From the NCBI GenBank assembly GCA_965219535.1, contig CBDCNV010000001.1, forward strand, positions 1,380,001 to 1,412,000: a stretch of DNA of 32,000 bases, given 5' to 3'. Shown piece after piece: positions 1 to 7,131 of this stretch. The notes beneath the pieces were generated by a model that searched no databases, was not told the DNA's origin, and worked only from the letters and a program-made list of their open reading frames with translations. The stretch is from Opitutales bacterium (GTDB taxonomy: Bacteria > Verrucomicrobiota > Verrucomicrobiia > Opitutales > PNEW01). How positions within the stretch are numbered: position 1 is the first letter of the stretch; the number at the start of each line of letters is the position of its first letter. A program made the position numbers and the translations under genes.

Positions 1-779
1 GGACCGTGTCCGGGGCAGATTACCGTATCATCGGGAAGGGTGAGGATTTTCTTACGATTATTTTCCAAAGCTTCATTGTAGTGAGAGGCTGCACCGCCAA
101 TGGATCCGGCAAAAAGGGAATCGCCGGTAATAGCGACCGGGGAATCAAGACCGGTTATAAGAAAGGTAGTTCCTCCTGGAGAGTGACCGTGAGTTAAAAA
201 CGCGCTGATATTTAGACTTCCTACGGTTGTTTCCCACCCCTCGTCAATGGAATCTGATCCACTAGCTGGCTCGAGCCGATTAATATAGGTGGGAGGATTT
301 CCCGTTTCCGATTTCAAGCGTTTGAGATCCGCAATGTGATCCCCGTGGGCATGAGTAAGCAATATTACTTTAATTGAAAGATTGAGTTGAGAAATTTTAT
401 CTAAGATTGCTGATGCATCGGCACCGGAATCAAATATGGCAGCTTCATTAGTATTGGCGTCCCAAACGCTATAGGCATTGACGGTCATCTCACTGTAACC
501 AGGAACAGGGTAGGGTGAATTAAAGCATGCCAGGCCTTCGATTGCGACAGGTTGGGGGTACCACGCCTTATTCCCCGAGACAACCAGCGCTTCGGCATCA
601 AGGTTGAGACAGGGGGCTATTTTTCGAAGGGCGGGCTCATTAAATTCACCCGACTTCAATGCGTCGAGCAAGTGACGGTCAATTTCACTTTTCTCACATA
701 ATTCTCTATTGCTCAGACCGAGACCAGCCTGAGATTTACCGAGAATATCCTCGCACAAATCTTCAATCGGAATACTCAT
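1..779 (-). CDS. MBL-fold metallo-hydrolase (glyoxalase-II-like) with N-terminal HTH-like segment; C-terminus runs off the left window edge
   Basis: Open at the window edge, so absent from the ORF track. My minus-strand translation from ATG at 779-777 reads MSIPIEDLCEDILGKSQAGLGLSNRELCEKSEIDRHLLDALKSGEF...VILLTHAHGDHIADLKRL...FLTHGHSPGG...DTVICPGHGP. It carries the HxHxDH zinc motif of the MBL fold. I saw no in-frame stop in the segments I translated (the two ends and the motif region). Confidence 0.8.
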   Translation of the reverse strand, partial: MSIPIEDLCEDILGKSQAGLGLSNRELCEKSEIDRHLLDALKSGEFNEPALRKIAPCLNLDAEALVVSGNKAWYPQPVAIEGLACFNSPYPVPGYSEMTVNAYSVWDANTNEAAIFDSGADASAILDKISQLNLSIKVILLTHAHGDHIADLKRLKSETGNPPTYINRLEPASGSDSIDEGWETTVGSLNISAFLTHGHSPGGTTFLITGLDSPVAITGDSLFAGSIGGAASHYNEALENNRKKILTLPDDTVICPGHG

Positions 780-1023
780 AGTCCCATAAAATGAGTTCGA
801 ACATGGTTCAAGAGGGGTAACTTTTTACACTATTGCATCTTTGACAAGGATATTTCATTCCGGATGGATAAAAGATTTTTATACGGCTGATTAGCATTGG
901 GCTTGAAAGTTAAAGTTTTGAATTTGTTGAAATTAATCTTGAAATCACTGATCTATTCTGGGAATTAGAAACGGTCTTCCCCACTATACCCTCGATATAA
1001 ATCTATTTAATAAGAAAATATAA

Positions 1024-3225
1024 ATGATTGAGAATATATATTTCTTTATCGCTCCACTTGCGGCGGTAATAAGTCTTGTCTTTGCAGGGTTCTTTTACCG
1101 GCAGATGAAGGGTGAAAATGAAGGCACTGAAAAGATGATCAAAATTGCCTCACACGTGACGGCTGGTGCTCATGCTTATCTCAAGCAGCAATATAAAATT
1201 GTATTTTGGGCATTTCTCGTCCTGGTCATTGTATTTCTTTTTCTAGCCTTTGGTTTAAAGGTGCAAAGTCCCTGGGCGCCGCTAGCCTTCCTTACGGGTG
1301 GTTTGTTTTCCGGTTTAGCAGGATATTTTGGCATGAAGACGGCGACTGCGGCTGCGAGCAGAACGTCCGCAGCGGCACGCAACTCACTTGACCACGGCCT
1401 GAGAGTCGCCTTTCGGAGTGGAGCGGTCATGGGTTTATCGGTTGTCGGCCTTGGCCTGTTGGGTGTGACTCTCTGGTTTCTGGTCCTTACGGTTATTCAT
1501 CCCTTGAGTGAAGAAAACGGCGGCCTGCATCTTCTTATAATAACGACGACCATGCTCGCTTATGGAATGGGAGCCTCATTACAGGCATTATTTGCACGCG
1601 TAGGCGGAGGTATCTATACAAAAGCCGCCGATGTGGGAGCGGACCTCGTGGGAAAAGTCGAAGCCGGAATTCCTGAAGATGATGCACGCAATCCCGCGGT
1701 GATTGCCGACAATGTCGGCGATTTCGTCGGCGATGTCGCCGGCATGGGTGCAGACCTTTTTGAATCCTACTGTGGTTCTATTCTCGCGACGATGGCGCTG
1801 GGTGCTGCGGCTTTTATGGGTGATCTGGATATGCAGATCAAGGCGGTAATCGCTCCGATGGTCGTAGCTGGTACTGGAGCTATACTTTCCGTGCTTGGTG
1901 TGTTTTTCGTACGTGTAAAATCGGGTGCCGGACAGAAAGATTTATTACATGCACTTGATCGCGGTATTAATATAAGCGCGGTATTGGTTCTGATACTCTC
2001 ACTGGTCATTATTAGAGCGATCGGACTGGAAAACCCGTGGGGTGTATGGGGTGCGGTGGTTGTTGGTCTCGTTACGGGTATTGTAATTGGTAAAGCGACA
2101 GAGTACTATACCTCACACGCCTACAAGCCGACACAGGAAATTGCGAATAGCGGGACGACGGGGCCCGCCACGGTTATAATTTCCGGCATCGGAACCGGAA
2201 TGATTTCAACGGCAGTGCCGGTAGTTGCGATTGCGGTAGGAATAATTCTGGCTTTCAGTTTTGCCTCGGGCCTCGATTTCACGAATATATCGATGGGCCT
2301 TTACGGTATCGGATTTGCCGCTGTTGGCATGTTATCGACACTAGGTATTACTCTAGCCACAGATGCCTACGGACCAATAGCTGACAATGCTGGCGGCAAC
2401 GCGGAGATGAGTGGGCTCGAGCCAGAGGTTCGCGAGCGCACTGACGCTCTGGATGCACTGGGTAATACTACGGCGGCTATTGGGAAAGGATTCGCGATTG
2501 GCTCAGCCGCTTTAACCGCGCTCGCCTTAGTGGCATCTTACTTGGAACAACTGAAAGCGGGATTGTTTAAGAATCCGGAGAAATTTTTAGATTTTAGTGA
2601 AAAGACTCATGTCTCAATTCAAGATGCGGCATTTGGAGATTTTGTTTCCTATTTCGGCATTAATTTGATGAACCCCATCGTGCTCGTGGGCATCTTCATG
2701 GGCTCGCTTATGGCATTTGTCTTTTGTGGATTGACGATGAAAGCGGTAGGGCGTGCTGCCTCGAACATGGTCGATGAGGTTCGCCGTCAGTTTAAGGAAT
2801 CACCCGGTATACTCGAAGGAACAGTGGAGCCTGATTATGCGCGTTGTGTTGCGATATCCACACGCGGGGCACAACGTGAGATGTTAATGCCTTCAATCCT
2901 TGCCGTGGGTGTTCCAATTGCGATGGGTTTAATCTTTGGACCGGCGGGAGTTATTGGTCTGCTCACGGGCGGATTGGGATCGGGATTTATACTTGCCATC
3001 TTTATGGCCAATGCCGGCGGAGCCTGGGATAACGCTAAGAAATATGTAGAAGAAGGTCACTTGGGAGGTAAGGGCTCAGATGTACACAAAGCTACGGTCA
3101 TTGGCGATACGGTGGGCGACCCCTTTAAGGACACTTCGGGTCCCAGCCTTAACATTCTAATCAAATTGATGAGTATGGTTTCGATCGTTATGGCCGGAGT
3201 GACTGTGATGTATCATATACTATGA
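1024..3225 (+). CDS. hppA: Membrane-bound ion-translocating inorganic pyrophosphatase, K+-dependent subfamily
   Basis: 733-aa polytopic ORF with family signatures [52 protein letters not shown] and [16 protein letters not shown]. The [10 protein letters not shown] motif has Ala rather than Lys, which is the K+-dependent determinant. Confidence 0.95.
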   Translation: MIENIYFFIAPLAAVISLVFAGFFYRQMKGENEGTEKMIKIASHVTAGAHAYLKQQYKIVFWAFLVLVIVFLFLAFGLKVQSPWAPLAFLTGGLFSGLAGYFGMKTATAAASRTSAAARNSLDHGLRVAFRSGAVMGLSVVGLGLLGVTLWFLVLTVIHPLSEENGGLHLLIITTTMLAYGMGASLQALFARVGGGIYTKAADVGADLVGKVEAGIPEDDARNPAVIADNVGDFVGDVAGMGADLFESYCGSILATMALGAAAFMGDLDMQIKAVIAPMVVAGTGAILSVLGVFFVRVKSGAGQKDLLHALDRGINISAVLVLILSLVIIRAIGLENPWGVWGAVVVGLVTGIVIGKATEYYTSHAYKPTQEIANSGTTGPATVIISGIGTGMISTAVPVVAIAVGIILAFSFASGLDFTNISMGLYGIGFAAVGMLSTLGITLATDAYGPIADNAGGNAEMSGLEPEVRERTDALDALGNTTAAIGKGFAIGSAALTALALVASYLEQLKAGLFKNPEKFLDFSEKTHVSIQDAAFGDFVSYFGINLMNPIVLVGIFMGSLMAFVFCGLTMKAVGRAASNMVDEVRRQFKESPGILEGTVEPDYARCVAISTRGAQREMLMPSILAVGVPIAMGLIFGPAGVIGLLTGGLGSGFILAIFMANAGGAWDNAKKYVEEGHLGGKGSDVHKATVIGDTVGDPFKDTSGPSLNILIKLMSMVSIVMAGVTVMYHIL

Positions 3226-3252
3226 TATGCTAACGCATATCATAGTATATGA
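3213..3252. other. Perfect 17-bp (18 with the flanking T:A) AT-rich hairpin that contains the hppA stop codon
   Basis: Left arm CATATACTATGATATGC (3214-3230), loop TAAC, right arm GCATATCATAGTATATG (3235-3251). I checked exact complementarity by hand. The TGA stop is at 3223-3225. No T-run follows on either strand. Confidence 0.6.
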
Positions 3253-3255
3253 GGA

Positions 3256-3380
3256 GTCAAAAGTCGAAGGTCAAAAGTCTAATGCGAGTTATGTTATAGC
3301 TTAGGATGATAGAAGGTTGAAGCTTGGCATAAGATGACTCTCAACCCTTCACCTAAAACTTAAAACCTAACACCTAACAC
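3256..3380. repeat. Low-complexity intergenic element between convergent hppA and lipA
   Basis: GTCAAAAGTCGAAGGTCAAAAGTC tract at 3256-3279, imperfect inverted repeat GAAGGTTGA / TCAACCCTTC (3312-3350), and CACCTAAAACTTAAAACCTAACACCTAACAC tract at 3350-3380. Confidence 0.6.
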
Positions 3381-3400
3381 TGAAAATCGTTAGATTTTCA
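3381..3400 (-). terminator. Candidate intrinsic terminator for lipA
   Basis: TGAAAATC-GTTA-GATTTTCA, an 8-bp stem starting 1 nt after the lipA stop. On the minus strand it is followed by the T/G-rich run GTGTTAGGTGTTAGGTTTTAAGTTTTAGG. Confidence 0.3.
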
Positions 3401-3401
3401 A

Positions 3402-4295
3402 TTACGCCGACTCGGCGGGGTAGCCACCTCTTTTTTCTACGAGGTCATAACCGTCTGATTGTTCTTCGGCATGATAAGAGGAGCGGACAAGAGGCCCTGA
3501 TTCGACAACGCCAAATCCAATGGAGAGCCCAAACTGCTTCCATTCTTCAAATTCTTCCGGTGTCACCCAGCGGGAGATCTCCGCGTGTTGGGGTGAGGGT
3601 TGCAGGTATTGGCCGATCGTAATAATATTTACATCCACCTCGCGCAGGGCACGAAGGGTTTCTTCAATCTCAGCTTTGCGTTCACCGATACCGAGCATAA
3701 TGCCAGATTTAGTAACAAAACCCCGGTTTTTCGCGCGTTTGAGTACCTCGAGTGTTTGGACCCAATTGGCTGTTTTGCGGATGGGTTGCTGCAGCCGTTT
3801 TACGGTCTCAATATTGTGGTTTAAAATATCCGGATTCGCGTCAAGCACGGTGTTCAAATCATTTTCTCTCCCACGAAAGTCAGGGATAAGAACTTCAATC
3901 GCGGTCTGAGGGTTGCGGTTTCGGATCGCGCGAATAGTAGTTGCCCATATGGCAGCTCCGCCATCTTTCATATCATCACGGGCCACGGATGTAACGACAC
4001 AATGCTTCAGTCCCATTTTTGCGACTGCCTCTGCGACGCGTGCCGGTTCGCCTAAATCGATTTCAGTTGGTCGACCCGAGTGAACAGCGCAAAAAGTGCA
4101 AGACCGCGTGCAGATATTTCCGAGTATCATCAGCGTCGCGGTGCCGCGTGACCAACACTCACCCATATTAGGACAATGTGCACTCTGACAAACCGTATTT
4201 AGAGTGTTTGATTCAACAATATGGTGCAATCGCTTGTAAGTCGGGCTATTTGGCAGCTTCGCCCGCAACCAACTCGGTTTACTTTTATTCATCAC
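3402..4295 (-). CDS. lipA: Lipoyl synthase
   Basis: Radical-SAM motif CTRSCTFC plus auxiliary-cluster motif CPNMGECW. The ORF is full length. The likely ATG at 4292-4290 shares one nt with the lipB TGA stop. Confidence 0.95.
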   Translation of the reverse strand: MMNKSKPSWLRAKLPNSPTYKRLHHIVESNTLNTVCQSAHCPNMGECWSRGTATLMILGNICTRSCTFCAVHSGRPTEIDLGEPARVAEAVAKMGLKHCVVTSVARDDMKDGGAAIWATTIRAIRNRNPQTAIEVLIPDFRGRENDLNTVLDANPDILNHNIETVKRLQQPIRKTANWVQTLEVLKRAKNRGFVTKSGIMLGIGERKAEIEETLRALREVDVNIITIGQYLQPSPQHAEISRWVTPEEFEEWKQFGLSIGFGVVESGPLVRSSYHAEEQSDGYDLVEKRGGYPAESA

Positions 4296-5029
4296 TTAAT
4301 CATTTCCGAACTGTTTCCAGAATTTTGATTACAAAATTGTTTCCAGAATTCGACCCCTACACTATTCTTTACTTCATTGAGATCAATCTCATTTCCCAAT
4401 TCATTTTTCACAGAAGTGACCGTGGCATCTTCAATACCACAGGGTATGATACCTTCAAAGGGATCCAGGCAATTATTTATATTGATCGCAAAGCCGTGAT
4501 AAGTGATCCAATGTTTCACCGCTACACCTATCGCTGCTATTTTACGGTGCTTAAGCCAAATACCTGTTTTCCCCTCTCTGCGCGTGGCATCCAATCCAAG
4601 CTTAGCAAGAGTGTTAATGACGACATGCTCAAGATCCCGTAAATAGCGATGAAGATCTTTCACTCGCTCATTTAAACTGATGATCGGGTAACCGACAAGT
4701 TGTCCCGGACCATGATAAGTAATGTCTCCACCACGGTTCGATTTTTCAAGTTCGATACCCCGGGAGCTGAGTGTTTGCGGGTCCCAAAGTAAGTGTTTTG
4801 ATGCTCCAATACGCGCCCCGATTGTTATCACGGGGTGATGTTCGGTGTAGACCAGCGTGTCCGGTATTTCGCCATCACAGCGTTTTTTAACGAGCTGCAG
4901 TTGCCGGGAATAGGCATCGGCATAGCGCGTTAAGCCCCAGTCTGCAATAGAGTGGGGCAGGTCTACCGAGGGTTGGCTTATCAATCTATCCACGATTAAT
5001 GATCCTAACACTATGTATGCCTTGAGCAA
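4292..5029 (-). CDS. lipB: Octanoyl/lipoyl-[ACP]:protein transferase
   Basis: Motifs NRGGDITYHGPGQLVGYP and KIAAIGV; translationally coupled to lipA. The start is uncertain: the track uses TTG at 5029, and GTG alternatives lie a few codons downstream. Confidence 0.9.
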   Translation of the reverse strand: MLKAYIVLGSLIVDRLISQPSVDLPHSIADWGLTRYADAYSRQLQLVKKRCDGEIPDTLVYTEHHPVITIGARIGASKHLLWDPQTLSSRGIELEKSNRGGDITYHGPGQLVGYPIISLNERVKDLHRYLRDLEHVVINTLAKLGLDATRREGKTGIWLKHRKIAAIGVAVKHWITYHGFAININNCLDPFEGIIPCGIEDATVTSVKNELGNEIDLNEVKNSVGVEFWKQFCNQNSGNSSEMIK

Positions 5030-5040
5030 TCTTCTTTCGA

Positions 5041-5538
5041 TTATATCGACGGAGAGAGGGAAATATAAAATCCGACAATCATTATACAGGCGATGGAAAA
5101 TTTAGCTATAAACGCGGCGATTCCGCCAACTATGGTGCCAAGGCCAGCTTTGCCTGCTTGGTGTATGTTACGATTGCGGATAAATTCTACAGTTATAACC
5201 CCAGCTATGGGTCCGATGATCAAACCAAGTATATTGAAGAAAATGACACCCAGGATTCCTCCCGCTACAGCTCCGAGTCCCCCCTGCCAACTGGCACCGA
5301 ATCGTTTTGCCCCCCAGTAACTGCACAGGTAATCCAAGGCCTGGGCAATAAGTGTAAGTGCCGTTGCGATGCCAAAAAAAGTCCATGAGACTGATGTGTC
5401 ACCCAAAACCAATTTGTGTATAAATATTCCCAACCATACAAGAAACGGACCGGGGATAACCGGCAGGAAAGTACCTATCAACCCGGCGGCAAATAAACAA
5501 CTGGTAATAATAAGCATAGTCAGGGAAAGGCTTGTCAT
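5041..5538 (-). CDS. DUF456-like small integral membrane protein
   Basis: 165 aa with four hydrophobic segments. N-terminal GLIGTFLPVIPGP and the Gly-rich helices resemble the DUF456 family. It ends 11 nt upstream of lipB on the same strand. Confidence 0.55.
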   Translation of the reverse strand: MTSLSLTMLIITSCLFAAGLIGTFLPVIPGPFLVWLGIFIHKLVLGDTSVSWTFFGIATALTLIAQALDYLCSYWGAKRFGASWQGGLGAVAGGILGVIFFNILGLIIGPIAGVITVEFIRNRNIHQAGKAGLGTIVGGIAAFIAKFSIACIMIVGFYISLSPSI

Positions 5539-5639
5539 GGTTGTGTTAGGTAGTTAAAACTAGTGTTAGTAATGGCAGGTTAGCATTTATATATATGAGC
5601 TTGCAATGGTTTTAAAATACTCAAGCTGATCGCAAAAAG

Positions 5640-5987
5640 ATGATTGGTCTCAACGAATCCTTTCGAACCCCATCGAATAAACCTCTTTTTGCGGAGGGAG
5701 AAATTATTCACCATAAGCGCTACGATTACCGGGGTGTAATTGTGGGAATCGATTTTATCTGCGAAGCTGAAGATGACTGGTATCATTCTAACCAGACACA
5801 ACCCGATCGCAACCAGCCCTGGTATCACGTCCTGGTGGACGGGTCCGACAGTACGACTTACGTCGCCGAATCTAACTTGGAATCCGATAATCTTGGCCAC
5901 GCCATTGACCATCCCTTAATTGAGAATTTCTTCAGTAGTTTTGAAAATGGGTGCTATATTCGCAACGACGAACCGTGGCCGAGTTAA
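5640..5987 (+). CDS. hspQ: Hemimethylated-DNA-binding / heat-shock protein HspQ (YccV) family
   Basis: 115 aa; the pattern HHKRYDYRGVIVGIDF...W...QPDRNQPWYHVLVDG is typical of the YccV domain. Confidence 0.7.
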   Translation: MIGLNESFRTPSNKPLFAEGEIIHHKRYDYRGVIVGIDFICEAEDDWYHSNQTQPDRNQPWYHVLVDGSDSTTYVAESNLESDNLGHAIDHPLIENFFSSFENGCYIRNDEPWPS

Positions 5988-6158
5988 GTCAAAAGGTCAA
6001 AAAGTCAAAAGGTCAAAAGGTTGGTTGATGCAGGAAATTCTTAGTAATTTATGACATTACCTCTTTATCGCATACCCTCATTTTCACGTATTAGGATGTC
6101 GAGCTCTACCCTCGGTGCACATATACCTTTTGACTTTTTGACATTTTGACCTCTTGAC
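5988..6158. repeat. 171-bp palindromic intergenic element with 33-bp terminal inverted repeats built from GTCAAAAG units
   Basis: Left arm GTCAAAAGGTCAAAAAGTCAAAAGGTCAAAAGG (5988-6020) starts on the first nt after the hspQ TAA. The reverse complement of the right arm (6126-6158) is GTCAAGAGGTCAAAATGTCAAAAAGTCAAAAGG, 30/33 identical. The core is 105 bp. Confidence 0.85.
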
Positions 6159-6195
6159 TAATAATAAAGTTATTAAAATAATAACTTTATTATTA
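6159..6195. promoter_or_regulatory. Perfect 16-bp A/T palindrome 2 nt upstream of the ATG at 6198
   Basis: TAATAATAAAGTTATT (6159-6174), loop AAAAT, AATAACTTTATTATTA (6180-6195). Complementarity checked by hand. Confidence 0.4.
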
Positions 6196-6197
6196 TT

Positions 6198-6737
6198 ATG
6201 GGCACCTTAGAGGACTTTACTGATTTTATTGTGAAGGAGGGGGCGGATCAAATTCCGCATACGAAGAGAACCTATCTCGAGCATGCGCTTTGTGTGTACA
6301 AAGATTTAAAGAGTTGGGGTTGTGAGGAAGACGTATGTAACGCCGGCTTTTTTCATTCGATCTATGGCACTCAGGGCTTTGACACTTATACCTTACCGAT
6401 TGAACGACGTAACGAGTTATGTGAGCTCATTGGCGAGCGCGCGGAGCGCCTGGCTTTCCTGAATTGTTTTGTTGAGCGATCTACTTTTGATCCGAACGTG
6501 GCAAGAGGTGAAGGCCCATACATCGTTACCAATCGGGCAACGAATGAGGAGATCGAAGTATCACCTGAAGACTTTAGAGACGTGATAACGATCCACCTCT
6601 GTGATTATTGTGAACAAATGCCGAGAATGAAAAGGTGGAACTATCGCCGCGAAGGTTACCGGATGATGGCAGAGCGTCTCGGCGGGGTGGCAAAAACGAA
6701 TTACGACCGCGTCATTGCAATGGATACGCGGGGGTGA
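6198..6737 (+). CDS. Hypothetical protein, HD-superfamily-like (resembles DUF6817-type proteins)
   Basis: 179 aa. The pattern IPHTKRTYLEHALCVYKDLKSWGCEEDVCNAGFFHSIYGTQGF matches the H..L..H...L..WG....AG..H..YGT.GF pattern I associate with DUF6817/HD-like proteins. This is recognition from memory only. Confidence 0.45.
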   Translation: MGTLEDFTDFIVKEGADQIPHTKRTYLEHALCVYKDLKSWGCEEDVCNAGFFHSIYGTQGFDTYTLPIERRNELCELIGERAERLAFLNCFVERSTFDPNVARGEGPYIVTNRATNEEIEVSPEDFRDVITIHLCDYCEQMPRMKRWNYRREGYRMMAERLGGVAKTNYDRVIAMDTRG

Positions 6738-6797
6738 ATCTAAGGGATCTTCGTCTGCCTCTGCGTCATCGTCTTCGTCCAGCGGCCTTATTGACTT

Positions 6798-6909
6798 TAG
6801 GTGGAGCGGGCTGTCCCTAGCACGCTTCTTCAAATAAGGAAATAATTAAACGCGCTATTGATCAGCCGTCGCCAAGGCTATGTCGAACAGGTAGCGCGTT
6901 CCACCTTAA
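6798..6909. repeat. ~112-bp TIR element, copy 1 (AGGTGGA...TCCACCTTAA)
   Basis: Termini AGGTGGAGCGGGCTG / TAGCGCGTTCCACCT, internal stem arm TCCCTAGCACGCTTCTTCAA, and 30-nt block TCAGCCGTCGCCAAGGCTATGTCGAACAGG. A second copy lies at 29655-29767. Confidence 0.8.
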
Positions 6910-6926
6910 TAATGCTATAAATAAAT

Positions 6927-6952
6927 GGAGGGCCACGCTCCGTCGTGGCCGT
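6927..6952 (+). repeat. GGAG hairpin repeat, copy 1
   Basis: GGAG-GGCCACG-CTCCGT-CGTGGCC-GT. The 26-mer is identical to 15780-15805. Confidence 0.8.
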
Positions 6953-6994
6953 AACTCATTTTAAAAATGAGAAACAATTGTGTCTTATTTTTAC

Positions 6995-7020
6995 ACGGAC
7001 GCAACGGAGTGCGTCCCTCC
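6995..7020 (-). repeat. GGAG hairpin repeat, variant copy in inverted orientation
   Basis: The minus strand reads GGAG-GGACGCA-CTCCGT-TGCGTCC-GT. The GGAG prefix and CTCCGT loop are the same; the stem differs by three compensated base pairs. Confidence 0.75.
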
Positions 7021-7131
7021 AACTATTAATAGATTTACAAGAGCTCTATTACGTACACAGACGAAGAGGAAGAGGCAGACGAAGACGAAGAGGGAGACGA
7101 AAACGAAGAGGGAGACGAAGACGAAGATTAT

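Larger units (their letters stand above)
6747..7127. repeat. Composite nested palindromic element between convergent genes (TCTTCGTCTGCCTC-type arms plus cargo)
   Basis: Left arm 6747-6780 (core TCTTCGTCTGCCTC at 6748-6761); purine-rich right arm 7059-7127 (core GAGGCAGACGAAGA at 7072-7085). The cargo is the 112-bp TIR element and two GGAG hairpins. Confidence 0.8.

Noticed and set aside
3520-4642. Plus-strand ORFs of 129, 74 and 154 aa antisense to lipA/lipB
   Set aside because: These are shadow ORFs opposite strongly supported genes. Their products are low-complexity with no recognisable motifs.
5580-5912. 110-aa minus-strand ORF overlapping hspQ
   Set aside because: It is antisense to a recognisable YccV-domain gene and has no motifs. 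It is likely spurious.
5988-6158. Possible CRISPR-like array because of regularly repeated GTCAAAAG units
   Set aside because: The units are 8-9 nt and directly tandem with no unique spacers. The two blocks are inverted relative to each other, and there are no cas genes. This is not a CRISPR array.
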